The translations under genes and the position numbers were made by a program. Below, in pieces: positions 1 through 13,543 of a stretch of 64,000 bases of DNA (position 1 is the first letter of the stretch; each line of letters starts with the position of its first letter). Source of the DNA: Parasitella parasitica NRRL 2501 (taxonomy: Eukaryota; Fungi; Mucoromycota). Under the pieces are notes generated by a model, which was given only the letters and a program-made list of their open reading frames with translations, was not told the origin of the DNA and searched no databases. Where the stretch lies: contig MU619265.1 of the NCBI GenBank assembly GCA_025201805.1, forward strand, positions 69,003 to 133,002, written 5' to 3'.

Positions 1-214
1 CAACTCAATTTGGAAATGACCAAAATTTATTTTCATTGGCCCAACCTAGTTTCGTCAACAGTAATAAGTTTATTCATCAAAAAACCATTTCAAAATTTGC
101 ATGAAATTTCTGACCCCAAAAATTTAACTCACGGTTTCACTGAAGGCAAGAACTATAAGTGGGAGAAGCCGTAACGTTAATATTTTCGCTAGTAGATGCC
201 AGCTTGACCATGAA

Positions 215-1064
215 AGCACCGTGATTACATCGAACAAAATGGCTCCACGGTCAATGCCAGCCAGCTTTGATAAAGCCAAATTCGGCAATGTCTTAATCAT
301 CCTTGAAGACACCATCCTTGGCCTTGATATTAAGTTGATCAAAGTAATCAAGCTTGGAAGGAATTTCAACGGCAACATTATAAATGAGGCAGTTTTTCTT
401 CTTGTGGCCCTTTTCTTTTTTGCCTTTTTTGATATTCTGAAGAGCATAGCGATGAGGTCGATGGAAATGACCATGTTCAACTTGAACAGAGTATTCGCCA
501 TCATGATCGAAAGCAGATACCTTGACCTCTTGAGCAAGATCGTCACGACCAGCAGATACAGTGACATTTACTCTGACGTTCTTGAGAGTCGTCGGTAGAC
601 TTGGATAGAACAATATGGCTGCCTCTGTCAAAGAAGCCATCAGAAAAGATAGCAGCACGCTTGAATTGCTCGGGAGAGAATTCAAAGACGGAAAATTTAG
701 AGATAAGGTCTTCAGCCTTACAGAAAGGCTCATGTTTCTTATGGCCACCATCATGCTTCTGAATAGCACTTTCTTCTCGATGGTGTTGAGAGCAATGATG
801 GCCTTCACCATGAGAGTGAACTTGCTCATCTTTATGGTGGCCGTGGTGGTCACTACTTTGTGCATGATGATGAGGAATCTCTTCATCTCGACCAGAGACT
901 AACTCATCATGACTCTTGTAGTGCTTTTCCTTGAAATCTTTGCGGTGCTTACAATGAGGTCTGTATTCTTCAGCAGCTTGGGCGCCCGAAAGGGCATGGT
1001 GAGGTCCACCGAAAGAATATCCCAAGGTATCCATATGGTGTTTTAATTCTTTAAATTGATCCAA
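215..1064 (-). pseudogene. Disrupted His-rich hypothetical protein gene (C-terminal part possibly adhesin/DUF4097-like)
   Basis: Coding-like sequence continues across three ORFs (543..1064, 293..886, 124..567) through a frameshift at ~585 (SKSTDDS->KNVRVNVTV), an in-frame TAA at 293-295 and a 4-bp GCCA duplication at 256-263 (FIKAG->IDRGAILFD). The family assignment is tentative. Confidence 0.55.
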
Positions 1065-1458
1065 ATGTCTTACAGCACAAGGCTCGGGAGCATTTTCAGG
1101 GAAAAGATCCTAACTAACAGATTAATAACTCTATTCTATAATAATTGCTGTGTATTTAGCTTTGCTTACAATATCACTATTACTCTATTGTTTGCCGAGT
1201 GATTAATAATATGGCGGTCTGTCATCGTATCCTCATTATACTTACACTAGACCCACTACGGGCACCAGAAGCGCAAAGACGGGTTGGCGTCTGGGACAAA
1301 AAGAGCCAGAAACAATGTTTTAGTGTTTATTCAACTTGATCTTATTATACATGATTTTCGATTATCAGGCAGATACAAAGAAAAGTTTCTACATGCGTAG
1401 AACAATGAAATAAAAAATAAAAAAATAAAATTATTATATATCCCAAACAGAGATATAA

Positions 1459-3218
1459 CTACAACTCGGCAACATAATTTCCTACGGTTATATAGACAAA
1501 ATCAATTTGAGTTTCCCAATTTTATATCATTTACGTTACCTGGGAATACACCTACAGCTCCTCTGAGCCTTCCTGTCCACCAATCATCAGTATCTTGTGT
1601 TCTTTGAACTAACTCAATCTTGTCGTCTTTCTTAAAAGACAAATCGCCCTCTGCCTGAGCGTCATAATCGTAAAGAGCGACAACATATGTGTTTCTGCTT
1701 GTATCCCGAGTGGGTGGTGTAGGAATTGCTGGTGTTGGAGACACAAGTCCAGCAGCAGCAGGTGCCCCGTAAGTTGATTTGGGGAGAGACTGATGGTGTC
1801 CATGCTGTTGTGGCTGTTGAGGTTGATATGGTTCATATGGAACCTGATATTGTGAAGCTTGTTGCTGTTGCTGTTGCTGTTGTGGGGATACTGTTGATGA
1901 CGACAGATGTTGATATGCATTTGGGTCATAGGTGCCATGTGGTGGCTGTTGAGCAGGCGAAGAGATTTCATTATTTTTCAAGGCAGCTCTTTCTTGTAAT
2001 GACAGCTTATTAGAACCGCCAGAAACTATAGTGGTTCTATAACATCAGATTATCTATACAATCCCATATGATCCAAACCTACCAGTCAACCATGCTTTTC
2101 CACCCGATTTTAGCAGATCCATGTTTTGTATCTCTGCTTGGACATCATGCTGTTGCTTTCTCCAATTATAACCAGCTTCCAGGTCCATGGCGTGAGTTAT
2201 AAAATGTTGTTCATTAGCAGTAACGAGTTCGTAACAACGAGCATAGATCATGCCATAAATCTTACACTGCAGATTATACATTTGCTCGAAAATAGGCTGT
2301 ATCAATTGAATCAACATTTGGAAGAATGTTGGCAATTGCTGTTTCAAGTTGTTGTTTAGGTATTCGTAGTCTTGAGTGGCTGTCTCCAATTGACTTTGTA
2401 CTTTAAATATGGCCTTATCCTCACTTATGGTACGCTCCGTTTTTGCATTGAGTTTGTTGAGAGCGATACGATGACGGTCGTAGTCGATGAGCTTGTGATT
2501 TCTTTTGACGATTGTTTTTTGAATAGTTTTAATGATTTCTTGCAATTCCAATGAGGGACGAATAACAAATTGATCAACAGAATCCTGGATTTGTGCATTA
2601 GTATAAAATAATTTTTTTTTTTTTTTTTTTTTTTTTTTTGGACATGATCAAGTTTTACTTACTAGCTGAGGTAAAATTTCATCTCGACAATATGCCATGG
2701 CAGCCTCGGCATCATTAGCAGCTTGTGAAGCTGTAGCTGGTGTCGGTTGCACTCTTCGCTGGACTCCGCCCTCCTCAGCTTGGACACCAATATGTTGGCT
2801 GTAAATAATTGATAAATAGCTTGCCATCTCTGCTTGGTGTGTTAACAGCCCTATACACTCTGTGTTAGCTTATTGCATGCATCAGTAGCCAGAGGCCGCC
2901 ATCTAACCTGAAACACTATCACGAAACGCTTGAGCTTCAGCTCTCAATTGATCTGCTAGTTTCGTGGTCTCATTAAATCGAGTTTCTAATTGTATGAACC
3001 CTTCATCTCTGGTAACTGCATACCAGAATTAATCACCTTTTTCCATACGAATGCACCATTACCGCCGGTTTCCCTTACCATCTCCTTTTTTCGACATGAT
3101 TTGATGAGGCAAACGACTCATTACTTTTTGAAAACCCTATTCATTCACAGGGAAAGTTTTCGATCAGTTTGCATGAATTTCCAGGGGTTATCCATATCAC
3201 TACTACCTTCCAGCTCAT
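1459..3218 (-). CDS. RVS167: BAR + SH3 amphiphysin-like protein (Rvs167/Hob1), multi-exon
   Basis: Spliced N-terminus MSWK|GFQKVMSRLPHQIMSKKGD; BAR helix KRNHKLIDYDRHR; Gln/Pro linker; SH3 domain ALYDY...GDLSF...DWWTG...FPG|NYVAEL* ending at 1459. Confidence 0.9.
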
Positions 3219-5926
3219 TTTTTCTTGTATTGCAATATAGAACTCGCTATCAAGTATATTCAAAAGAAAAAGAGGCTATAATTAGTAGGAGAAAAAGGAG
3301 AAAGTAAAGAATGTAAACCACAGACTTAGTAGATGTTATTTAAGAGGCGACAAGCACGAGAGAGTACTGTAGAAGCATCAAGGATGGGTGTAAAACTTAA
3401 CATCTCGCATTCAAGTAACACATATACTCCCATTGGTAAAGACATTGAGCAATAGAAAGTATATTTCACAACAGCAATATTAATTATTATATGCTATAAA
3501 TTTGGTTTGATCATGCATCAAGTGCTGAAAATGCTGCGATTGATAAGAAATGCGTTCATTCCTTAGTAGCAGCATACTTGATGCATTGCCACTTCTTTTT
3601 TACGTTTATTATCAACTTATGCTCCAATTTATTTGGCAAGCGATGACTGTATCAAGATATATAGCAATACTGAAAGAGGCTCAAGGGGACAGATATAATC
3701 TGCATGACGTAAACTCTACATATAGCACCAAGACCCTTTGCCAAATCGTTGAAAGCACCATAAACACTATCCATTTTTTTACCCTATTTCTGGTCAAATC
3801 ATAGAACATTGGGTGGTATTTGTTAATGTTGAATAAGAACATCCTTAATCTTTTCAATGACCCTTGACTATTTTCAGCTTTCAGCTTTGGGGTGATGTCT
3901 AGCCGCATTCGTTTGCCATTTTTATCTTTAAATGAAAGAGAAAATAGAGGTAGAAGAGTATCAATCTCAAAGACATTCTTCGAGAGCCTGTGACATCAGT
4001 AAATCATCATTTGTGCAATGATTGATCTACTACAAACTATATTTTGTCCAAATACTGTATCTAAATATTTCTGCCAGTCAGTATTTAAAGTCATGTATCG
4101 GATCCATCAACAACAAAATTCATGCAAGAACATCAATTTCATTGAAATAATAAAGCGCTTAATGCACGCCCCCAAACTTTTTTATTATTATTATTAATGT
4201 TTGTTATAACATACATTATTTACTTGTGATCAATAAAGGAAACGAATCAAGCTTCAAGTAATTTATAGAATTATGACTTCTCTCGTAACATTATTATTAG
4301 TGCAGTTTCGCCAGTTGTTGTTACCAAAGCGAGCGAGTGTTAAGAGAGAATCGAGGGCGATTCAAAGTGATAGACACCTGGAGTTGTGGTATCTGCTATA
4401 CCAAAAAGAACATAGCTGGCCACTATATTAATGGAGTCTTCGACATCATAGATTTATTTCCTCACATAAAGGGCATTCATATCGTTACACTCCTATTTAT
4501 AATCCAGATCTAGTTGACCGGGTGATTGTGAAAAGAGGTTGCATACCTGTATACCTTCTTACTGGGATGTTTGGCGAATAGAATTAAAAGCAACAAATTG
4601 AACGATGTGGAAGTTATTCTAAGGATATTGAAAGGAGCAAGGACGTTCCTATTGAGCATTTTAAAAAATCTATTCAGTATTCTACAAAGGTCTTTGTTCA
4701 ATGCTTAAATTAAATGTTTTAACCAAAAATCGGGCCAAATTATTTGTAGATGGAGACTGGAAGCCCAGTAAATAATCAGAGGGAAAGGCTAATGGGATCA
4801 AACACTAAAAAAGGTCCCCTGGATAGTGTTACACAAATACATATAGAGTACTTTACCATCTGCTTTGGTTTATGCCCAGGATTTGCGCGAATCAACAAAA
4901 GCAAAGATCAATACCGTAACAACAGTTTGTTCAAATCCTTGGAAACATTAAAGACTGGACCATATGTTTTTATAGACATAATAACTCGTCATTGATTTCC
5001 ATTCAAAAAGATACACAAGTACACTGTAAGTCTTTGCAGTTAGGATAGACATTGTGCATATTTCATAATGATGAGCATTTAAATTAACGTCTATAAATAA
5101 AAAAACAATAAAAAAAAGCAAAAAATGTACTGTCGATATCCTCGAAATCTTTTTAAACTTTTCTCTTTTTGTATTATACATGTTCTCCTCTTATCTCCTT
5201 AGATCATACAACGAAATTTTTATATTATACAACTCTCACAATTTTTGAGATTCTCCTTGAAAATTTACTTGCAATGTATCAGCGACACATCTTGCACAGT
5301 ATTAAAAAAATATAGATCGATGATATATAAAATATATACGATAAGCCTATTAATATTATTAATATAATTTAATTTGATTCCAAACCGTTTGCAAACCAAC
5401 ATTTACTAGAATTCACCTTTTCACGGATGGCACGTGGGTTTCCTCGATAAAGCGATCGTAGACTTCTTTATAAAAGTGATAATCCCGTAGGGCACATTAA
5501 CATGTAATTTACTGTATAAGCACACAAAGGAAATACGTGTATCTATCAAGTATGTATAGGAGCCAAATAGCAAGAAAAAAAAAATATTAAGTATAGTTGG
5601 GTTGGATTGAAAAGTTATCCTAACATGTGCGTCGTTGCTGTTAAACCTATTTCGAACTTTCTGTGTGTCTTGTATGATCTGTATAGACACAACATGAAAT
5701 CGCCCCTGAGTTTCATACCATATCTTTCTGTGCTCCTTTCTCATCAAAAGGAAACAAAGAAAGATGTAAATACCAACGGATTTATGGCAACTGCTGTTCA
5801 AATGGTTGTTTGAATAACAAATTCGTGTCAAGAAGGAGAGGCCGTATAACATTTCCTATCAACGAGTCCCCTCTTCCTTTGTAGAAATAACCCCTCGCCG
5901 TTTAATGACCCCCCCTTCTTTAGACA

Positions 5927-5927
<1 letters not shown>

Positions 5928-5959
<32 letters not shown>

Positions 5960-5980
5960 CTGTTGCTGTTGCTTCTGCTG
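5928..5980. repeat. (GCT)n trinucleotide microsatellite upstream of chitin synthase
   Basis: About ten perfect GCT units followed by a degenerate extension. Confidence 0.9.
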
Positions 5981-6376
5981 TGAGCTGCTTCTTAATTTTT
6001 GCTGTTGCTTTTCGTCTTGGTGCTTCTCCAATGTTACGCTACAGCCTGAAATCTTCAAATCAACCCCCTCTTCGACTATTATACACTGATAATAGTATAA
6101 TATCCAGCATGCTCTCCTTTTTTCTTTTTCTTCTACTTTCTTTCTTCTTTCTAGTGTCCTTTTCATCTCTCTTTCTTTCTTTTTTGTAGCATCACATACA
6201 CACATACAATACATCCCTCCCCGTCCTTTAAAACGCCCTGCCAGCTCATCCAGCCAGCCAGCTAAAATTATTGTCACGTTATCCCTTTTATAAATTATTA
6301 AGCCATCACCACCACCACCATCGCCATTAATCATAGTAAATTAATATCATAAAGCATCCGATTTTCACAGAGCATC

Positions 6377-9300
6377 ATGGATATTTCATTTAGTAATGTA
6401 TCCATTTCCACCAGTTTTCCAGATATACAAGGGCAAACCACATCTAGAAACAGCAATGGCGCACCCAGACGCACGACATCGCTTGTAAGGCCTGAACGCA
6501 GTCGAATTGATCCCCAACATCCACAATATCACACACGGCGACGAGTCATTGAGAACGAAACCAACAATTATTATCGTTCAGCAGGAGATCGATCACATCC
6601 TGCAAGCAGATCAGTTATCAGACGAGGCTTGTTGGCAAGGGAAGATGAAGAGGAGAAGGGCCACAGCAGTCTAGGCCTTGAATACACAACCAACATTCCC
6701 TCCAGCTCATTCGATCTCTGGAAGACGTTTTGTTATTTCGTAACATGCTGTTGTCCTCCACCCGTTTTGAAAGCAATGGGTAATGTGTTTGTTTATGTGT
6801 ACATGCATAGCCCTCAATCCTAACCCTCATCTATTACCCTATTATATTATACATCACGCAGGTAAAAAAGACAAAACCGCTCAAATGGCATTTCGAGAGA
6901 AAATGGGCCTTGTCACTATCATTCTAGGCATCATGGCATTTGTAGGCTTCCTGACTTTTGGCTTTACACAAGTTGTCTGCCCTCGACCACCTCTTAGTTA
7001 CCGTGTGGAAACAATCAACAACGGATATGTGGTGATCCATGGATGGGCGTACTTGTTAGCCTCCTGGAATGACCACCCTCCAATTGCTGGTGTCTCCGAC
7101 AAGGCGACCAATGTCATCTATGACCCCATCAACGCTGGCGGAAAAGACGCTTCATTCTTATTCCAGAACATTAATCAGAACTGTGCTTCTATTATCACAC
7201 CAAAATCATCAGGGGCTCATGTAGGACAAGGAGACACTCCATCGTATTTTCCATGTCAGTTAATTGAGCATAATCAATTCCCAAGTTCGTTGCTCTACTC
7301 AAACCAGTCTGCCTGTCATTTGAAGCCTACCTCTCGAGGCGTTTTTGAATCCATGCGCGATAAAGGCGTATTGAATGAAAACGGAAAATATGATAAAGCT
7401 GGCAGAGTCTATTACGATTGGAATGATGTAAACACTACAGCACATTTAGCCGTTTATAATAGGTAAACCACCATTCAACAATTCCTTTTTCGTGTCATGA
7501 GAATACTCATTTTGTTTTTTGACAGCTACGTTTTGAACCTGAATTTACTCCAATCACTGCCTCAATCCGTATTTTCAGTGCCAACGGATGGCCTGATTCA
7601 ATCCATCTTGCAGAACACCAGTGCTTTTGGTGGACAAGACATCACACACACTGTTGCCACACGCAAAACTGCAGGAAGCACAACATGGAAAGCGGAAGCT
7701 GAATGTCTGCTGGACACAATCAAGGTCGGCGAGATTGATACCAAAAGTTTTGGCTGTATCGCATCCGATGTGGTGCTGTATACCTCATTAATCGTTATTT
7801 TGGGTGTGATCCTCGTCAAGTTTGGCTTGGCCGTGATCTTTGGCTGGTTCCTGTCGTGGAAACTGGGCAATTTCAAAAAAGAAGGGAAAACATCCTACAA
7901 GGACCGCATGAGAAGAGATCTTGAAATTGAAGATTGGACCACGGGTATCAATGTACCAGCAGCAGCCATTCGACCTCACACACCACAACAGCAACTCTAC
8001 GGCAGTCCTCAAGCCAAAAAGAAGGGCATCATGCCCAGAAAGTCTCGATTTACTCAACCTGACACGGGTTCTATGCATTTCAATGCCATTGAAAGGCCTG
8101 GAAGCACAATCTGGAGACAATCCACATCAAAGTATGTTTAAATTATGCATAATATATATGTATCTCTTAACCAAGTACATCTATCTTACTAATATCCATA
8201 CGCATTTAGCTCAAGAATCTTTGGAAACCACCTCAATTCTTCCACCGGTGCTCTCTCCCCTCGCCCTACGGGGTCGACATCTGAAAATGGTAGAAGCGTT
8301 ACAGGAAGCCCTTTATCTCGCCGATCATCAGAGACTTCTCACTCAAGCCATACAGAATTGTCTCAGCTTACTACTTCATGTCCTTACGAGCTATCGCCAC
8401 ATGCATTGCGTCAACCAAAACCAGATTACATGCCATTTGGATTTACGCTGGCCCATACCATCTGTCTGGTTACCTGCTACTCTGAAGGTGAAGAAGGTCT
8501 TCGCACTACGCTTGATTCAATTGCCACTACTGATTACCCCAATTCGCATAAACTCATCCTGGTCGTGGCCGATGGTATGATTACCGGACACGGCAATGCC
8601 ATGTCTACGCCTGATATCTGTATTTCCATGATGAAGGACTTTTTAGTAGAGCCAGATACTGTGGAAGCCTGCTCGTACGTGGCTATTGCAGACGGTACCA
8701 AGCGCCATAACATGGCCAAAATCTACTCTGGTTTCTACAAATACGACGACAAGACTGTGGATCGCGGCTCTCAGCAAAGAGTGCCTATGATTACCATTGT
8801 CAAATGCGGCACACCCGAAGAACAAGACAGAGAAGCCAAGCCTGGTAATCGTGGTAAAAGAGACTCGCAGGTGATTCTCATGTCGTTTCTCCAAAAAGTC
8901 ATGTTTGATGAGCGCATGACAGAGCTGGAATACGAGTTTTTTACCAACATTTGGCGCATTGCTGGCGTGAGTCCTGACAAGTACGAAATTGTGCTGATGG
9001 TGGATGCTGATACTAAGGTCTATCCTGATGCATTATCTCGCCTGATCAGCTGCATGGTGAACGATTCAGAGGTAATGGGTCTTTGTGGAGAAACAAAGAT
9101 CGGTAACAAGACAGACAGTTGGGTATCCATGATACAAGGTACGTGCTGCATTTGCATAGCGATGCTGATGGTGGTACCTAATATATTTACCAAATTTCAC
9201 TAGTTTTTGAATACTACATTTCGCACCATCAATCAAAGGCGTTTGAGTCAATCTTTGGCAACGTAACATGCCTACCTGGATGCTTCTGTATGTACAGAAT

Positions 9301-10591
9301 TAAAGCACCCAAAGGAAACAATGGCCACTGGGTCCCTATTCTTGCAAATCCTGACATCATTGAGCATTATTCTGAAAATGTCGTAGATACGCTACACAAG
9401 AAAAATCTGCTATTGCTGGGTGAAGATCGCTACCTCTCGACGCTTATGCTGAAAACATTTCCACGCCGCAAGATGTTGTTTGTCCCACAGGCTGTGTGCA
9501 AAACGGTTGTCCCTGACTCTTTCATGGTGCTGTTGTCTCAACGAAGACGCTGGATTAACTCGACAATCCACAACTTGATGGAGTTGGTCTTTGTGAGAGA
9601 CTTGTGCGGTACATTTTGCTTTTCCATGCAGTTTGTTGTGTTTATGGAGCTCGTCGGTACATTGGCTTTACCTGCAGCTATCTCCTTTACCATGTATCTT
9701 ATCATCCTTGCCTGCATTGGCCAACCTGCAGTCTTGTCTTTGATTTTGCTTGCTCTCATTCTAGGCCTCCCCGCTGTGCTCATTGTGATGACGAGTAGAA
9801 AGCTGGTTTATGTCGGCTGGATGTTCATCTACTTGTTCAGTCTGCCCATCTGGAATTTTGTACTGCCCACGTACGCATACTGGCATTTTGATGACTTTAC
9901 TTGGGGCGAAACCAGAAAGGTTGAAGGCGAAGGAAAAGACAATCACGGCGACAAGGAGGGAGAGTTCGACTCGTCGCAAATTACCATGAAAAAATGGACA
10001 GAATTCGAAAGAGAACGCAAAATCAGAGAAGCCGAGGCTAGATCAAGAGCTCTGGTGCAGCAGCATTTGTCGTCTCCTCTGTCCAGATGGTCTCCAACCA
10101 ATCTGTCGTTTGAAATTGATCGCTCTACCTTGTCGACATTAATCGGATCAAGCATGGGCACTTCCCCACGCTTCGTGCTGCCCAATCCTTCCAACCCTCC
10201 TCCCACACCTGCAACTCCTCACAATGCCAGCCAAGCAGGAAGAACCAGCAATACACAGGGACTGCTAGATGATGATATCGACGGTCATTCCATTCTATCT
10301 GATGAAACAGAGGAGATTCGCCAATGGAGAAGAAGCCAAGATTTCTTTGGCGGAGGCATCGAAAGGATGGCTACCATTGATACGAACCTGCCAGCGATTT
10401 CAAATGAAGACGAAGGTGACGACGACAATTGGCAAACAAGCATAATGGAGACCATTCACAATAAAGACGTCAAGGTAGAACAAGACCAAGAACCACATCA
10501 GCAGCGGGAAGACGAGGAGCAGGAAGAAGAAGAAAAAGAGAAAGAGCCTCCCAGAGTGTCTCTAGAAAAGAAGCAAGATGACACTGTGTAA
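6377..10591 (+). CDS. CHS3: Chitin synthase, class IV (Chs3-like), multi-exon
   Basis: Motifs [53 protein letters not shown] and WHFDDFTWG, spread over ORFs 6377, 6783, 7497, 8358 and 9290 and joined by GT-AG introns. Confidence 0.95.
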
Positions 10592-10770
10592 TATCATATT
10601 AATATATACAACTTTTTTTTTTTTTTTTTTTCTTTAAAAAAAGTAATAAAGCAACCATTATATTTATTCTGCCGTATACACCTGTATATTCTCGTTGCAT
10701 CCCTAATTTAAAGAACAGCATGTAATTTCAAATGATAATGGGCTTCCTTTTTTTCTTCTTCTTTCGCACA

Positions 10771-13543
10771 ATGCTAACTTTATATCATAATGCCCCAAAG
10801 CAGACACGAGCCCTTGATGCTGTTAGAAAGCTCAAAGCTTACTTTGAACGCCAAGGCATTAATGAGAAGGAGGTAATGTTACGAATTGTGTAAGCGCTTG
10901 TAGCCATATTCAAATTCGTGCACAGCCCTTGCCAAACATGCAGAAAATTGTCGACTATTGCTTAAAATACCCTCGCTTATTGAGAAGTTGGTATTTCTCA
11001 TGTTTAAATAGCACCAACTAATCATTCACAGTTCGCGATTCGCCATTAAAATATTTGCACGACCCCGATCTGCCATATACTGTGGTGCACGATTGGTACC
11101 TTGGCATCGCTCTAGATTACCTTGAAGCCTCAGTGTTCTTATTACTGGAGCAATGGAAATCAGATTACACAAAGAAGCGAAACGATGAGCAAAAAGTGGC
11201 CAGCTTATTTGCTATGGTCGTCAACGACATCTACCAATGTTACGAGCACACAGGATTAGCACTAAGTATACCATTCCCAGAGTAAGTGTATGGCAATAGC
11301 CTGCAGTTGTTTCTCTAATACACGTTCGTTCTATAGGGGATGTGCATTAGCAGCTGTTGAATTGAAGGAAAAAGTCAAACACGGTAGTCGAGCACTGATC
11401 AAATCAAACATATCCCACCATTTTACAGATGCGAGAGACGTATTTTACACCTTGACCATCAAACACATTGAGGCTTTGTTCAAGGTAAACCAGCCAAGTG
11501 CCTCATTCGCCTATCTCTTTTCGCCGAAAATTATGAAATACAAAGACCAAGAGCTAGAATTCAAGCTTCAAATATTCCTGGATGCACACTTGCCTAAATT
11601 AGTCGATGTATTCAATCTACCAGACGATTTCCTGGACTCTGCGCTTAACTGCCTAGACTTCAATGACGAGCATAATACCATTGACATCAACAGCTGGCTA
11701 ACCAACTCGGTTGCGGAATCGAGTGGCAGCAACAAGGAAAAATTAGAGGCCCATATACAGACATTCAGCACTGTTTGCGGGCAATTGAACAGCCTAGACC
11801 TCACACCAAACTGGATGCAATTATTGAAAGAAACAGTAGAGAAACGATTGGAATTGATTGATTGGGAGAAAAACGCAAATGTGTCAATTGTGCAAATTCA
11901 ATTGAAATGGCTCCACATGCTAATCTTACCTTGGCTGTCTTATTTGATCCCAACAACAGAGGATATAGATGCAAATTGGCACAATTTCCTGCGAGAAAAG
12001 ATAAAAGCAGAGCATGTCCTGTACGAAGTTGTCTACCAAGCAAAGATACCAGAGATATTTGACATTGTGTTGAGCTATCCAGACACTGAAAGCATCATCA
12101 AAGACTTTCATGCAAGTACTATATTATACACGTGCATCTTTAACCACACTAAAAGCATCAACCATAGGTAATTGCCACTAAAAGAGGATTGCTGTATGAT
12201 CTGAGAGATAGCCTGATACGAGAGTAAGTGCAAAAATAAACTCTGGGACTTCAATTTTCTCCCTTCCTTACTTTACAGTTTAGAATACAGGGCAGACTTC
12301 TCCATCAAGGAGCTTCAGCTGTGGATATTCTTCAATATTACATTGATTGTATTCGAAGTTTATCAATTATAGATCCATCTTGTGACATTTTGGTTCCTAT
12401 CATCGAACTAATTGAGAGCTATCTCAAGTAAGACTAAGCGATCGAGCTATATGTGGATTAGGATGCTTACTCGTTTGAGTAGGACATTCAGAAAAGACGT
12501 AGTATCAGGTGTTGTGCATCTTATTCGCAATGCCCATGAGTATCCAAGCCTTCAGGTAGACGATAACGACATTTACGTTTTCAAAAAATCAGAAGTCAAC
12601 AACGAAGAAGTGTCAGACGACGCAATTGTCATAAAGGAGGATAAACCAGGCATGTATATTTACGGCTAGTTGTTTGGTACATTTTCCTCTAACCATGGAC
12701 AATACAGCTAAATTAAGAAGGCTTCAAAGGAAATCAAAAGACGCTATAGCCATGCTGATATGTATGTGCAGCTCACTAAAGGACTTTATAAAGGGCTTCA
12801 GTGATAAATTAGGCCACGAATTACTTTCTACCAATAATTACAACACGGATGAAGAAATACGAAGATTAGAGCTGCTAAAGAGGAACTTCCCACCCGACAC
12901 ATTCCTTCGATGCGATATTATGTTGCAGGATGTCAGTGACAGCAAAAGACTAGATGCAGCCGTCCATGTCAATAGTGGCATCAGCTCAAACCTCCATACT
13001 ATCATTGTTTCAAGAAAGTATTGGCCTGGTGGCGATGATGACGACGACGACGACGAGAATGTGTACAATGAAGAGGGGAATTCCAATTCAAATATTAATT
13101 TATGGCCTGGCCATCAAGAGTAAAGCTTAAGGAAAACTCTGAAAGGGGAACACATGCACTGATACCCTGTCAATAGATTCATTACTGAGTATGATCAACA
13201 ATTCAGGCGAGTCAAAAAGTCGAGAAAGTTGAAGTTCTTGCCAGCCAAAGGATCTGTAAGATTGAATCTGGAATTGAAGTCTAAAACCCTTTCTATTGAT
13301 GCCAGCCCTGAAGCTGCAACTATCTTGAGTTTATTTGAAGACAAGGGTAAGATAGAATTAAATGGTTAATTTCCAACTTCAACAAACTGAATATTCCAAG
13401 TAGAGCAATCCTACTCAAGAAGTGATATTATGACAAGAACTAAAATTGATAAGATGGTTGTTGTGGATTGCTTGGAATTCTGGATCAAGGAAGATATTCT
13501 TGAATTGTCAGCAGACGGGCAATATCAACTTGTCGAAGAATAA
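10771..13543 (+). CDS. APC2: Anaphase-promoting complex subunit 2 (cullin homology), multi-exon
   Basis: EIFDIVLSYPDT, RLLHQGASAVDILQYY, IIDPS, EIRRLELLKRNF, CDIMLQDVSDSKRLD, IIVSRKYWP and a C-terminal winged-helix-like segment (LEFWIKEDIL). The start is approximate. Confidence 0.85.

Noticed and set aside
3400-5800. Scattered short ORFs that may be gene or TE relics
   Set aside because: No recognisable motif or coherent exon chain.
5828-6334. Poly-Q and poly-A ORFs on both strands
   Set aside because: Produced by the GCT microsatellite and pyrimidine tracts upstream of the chitin synthase.
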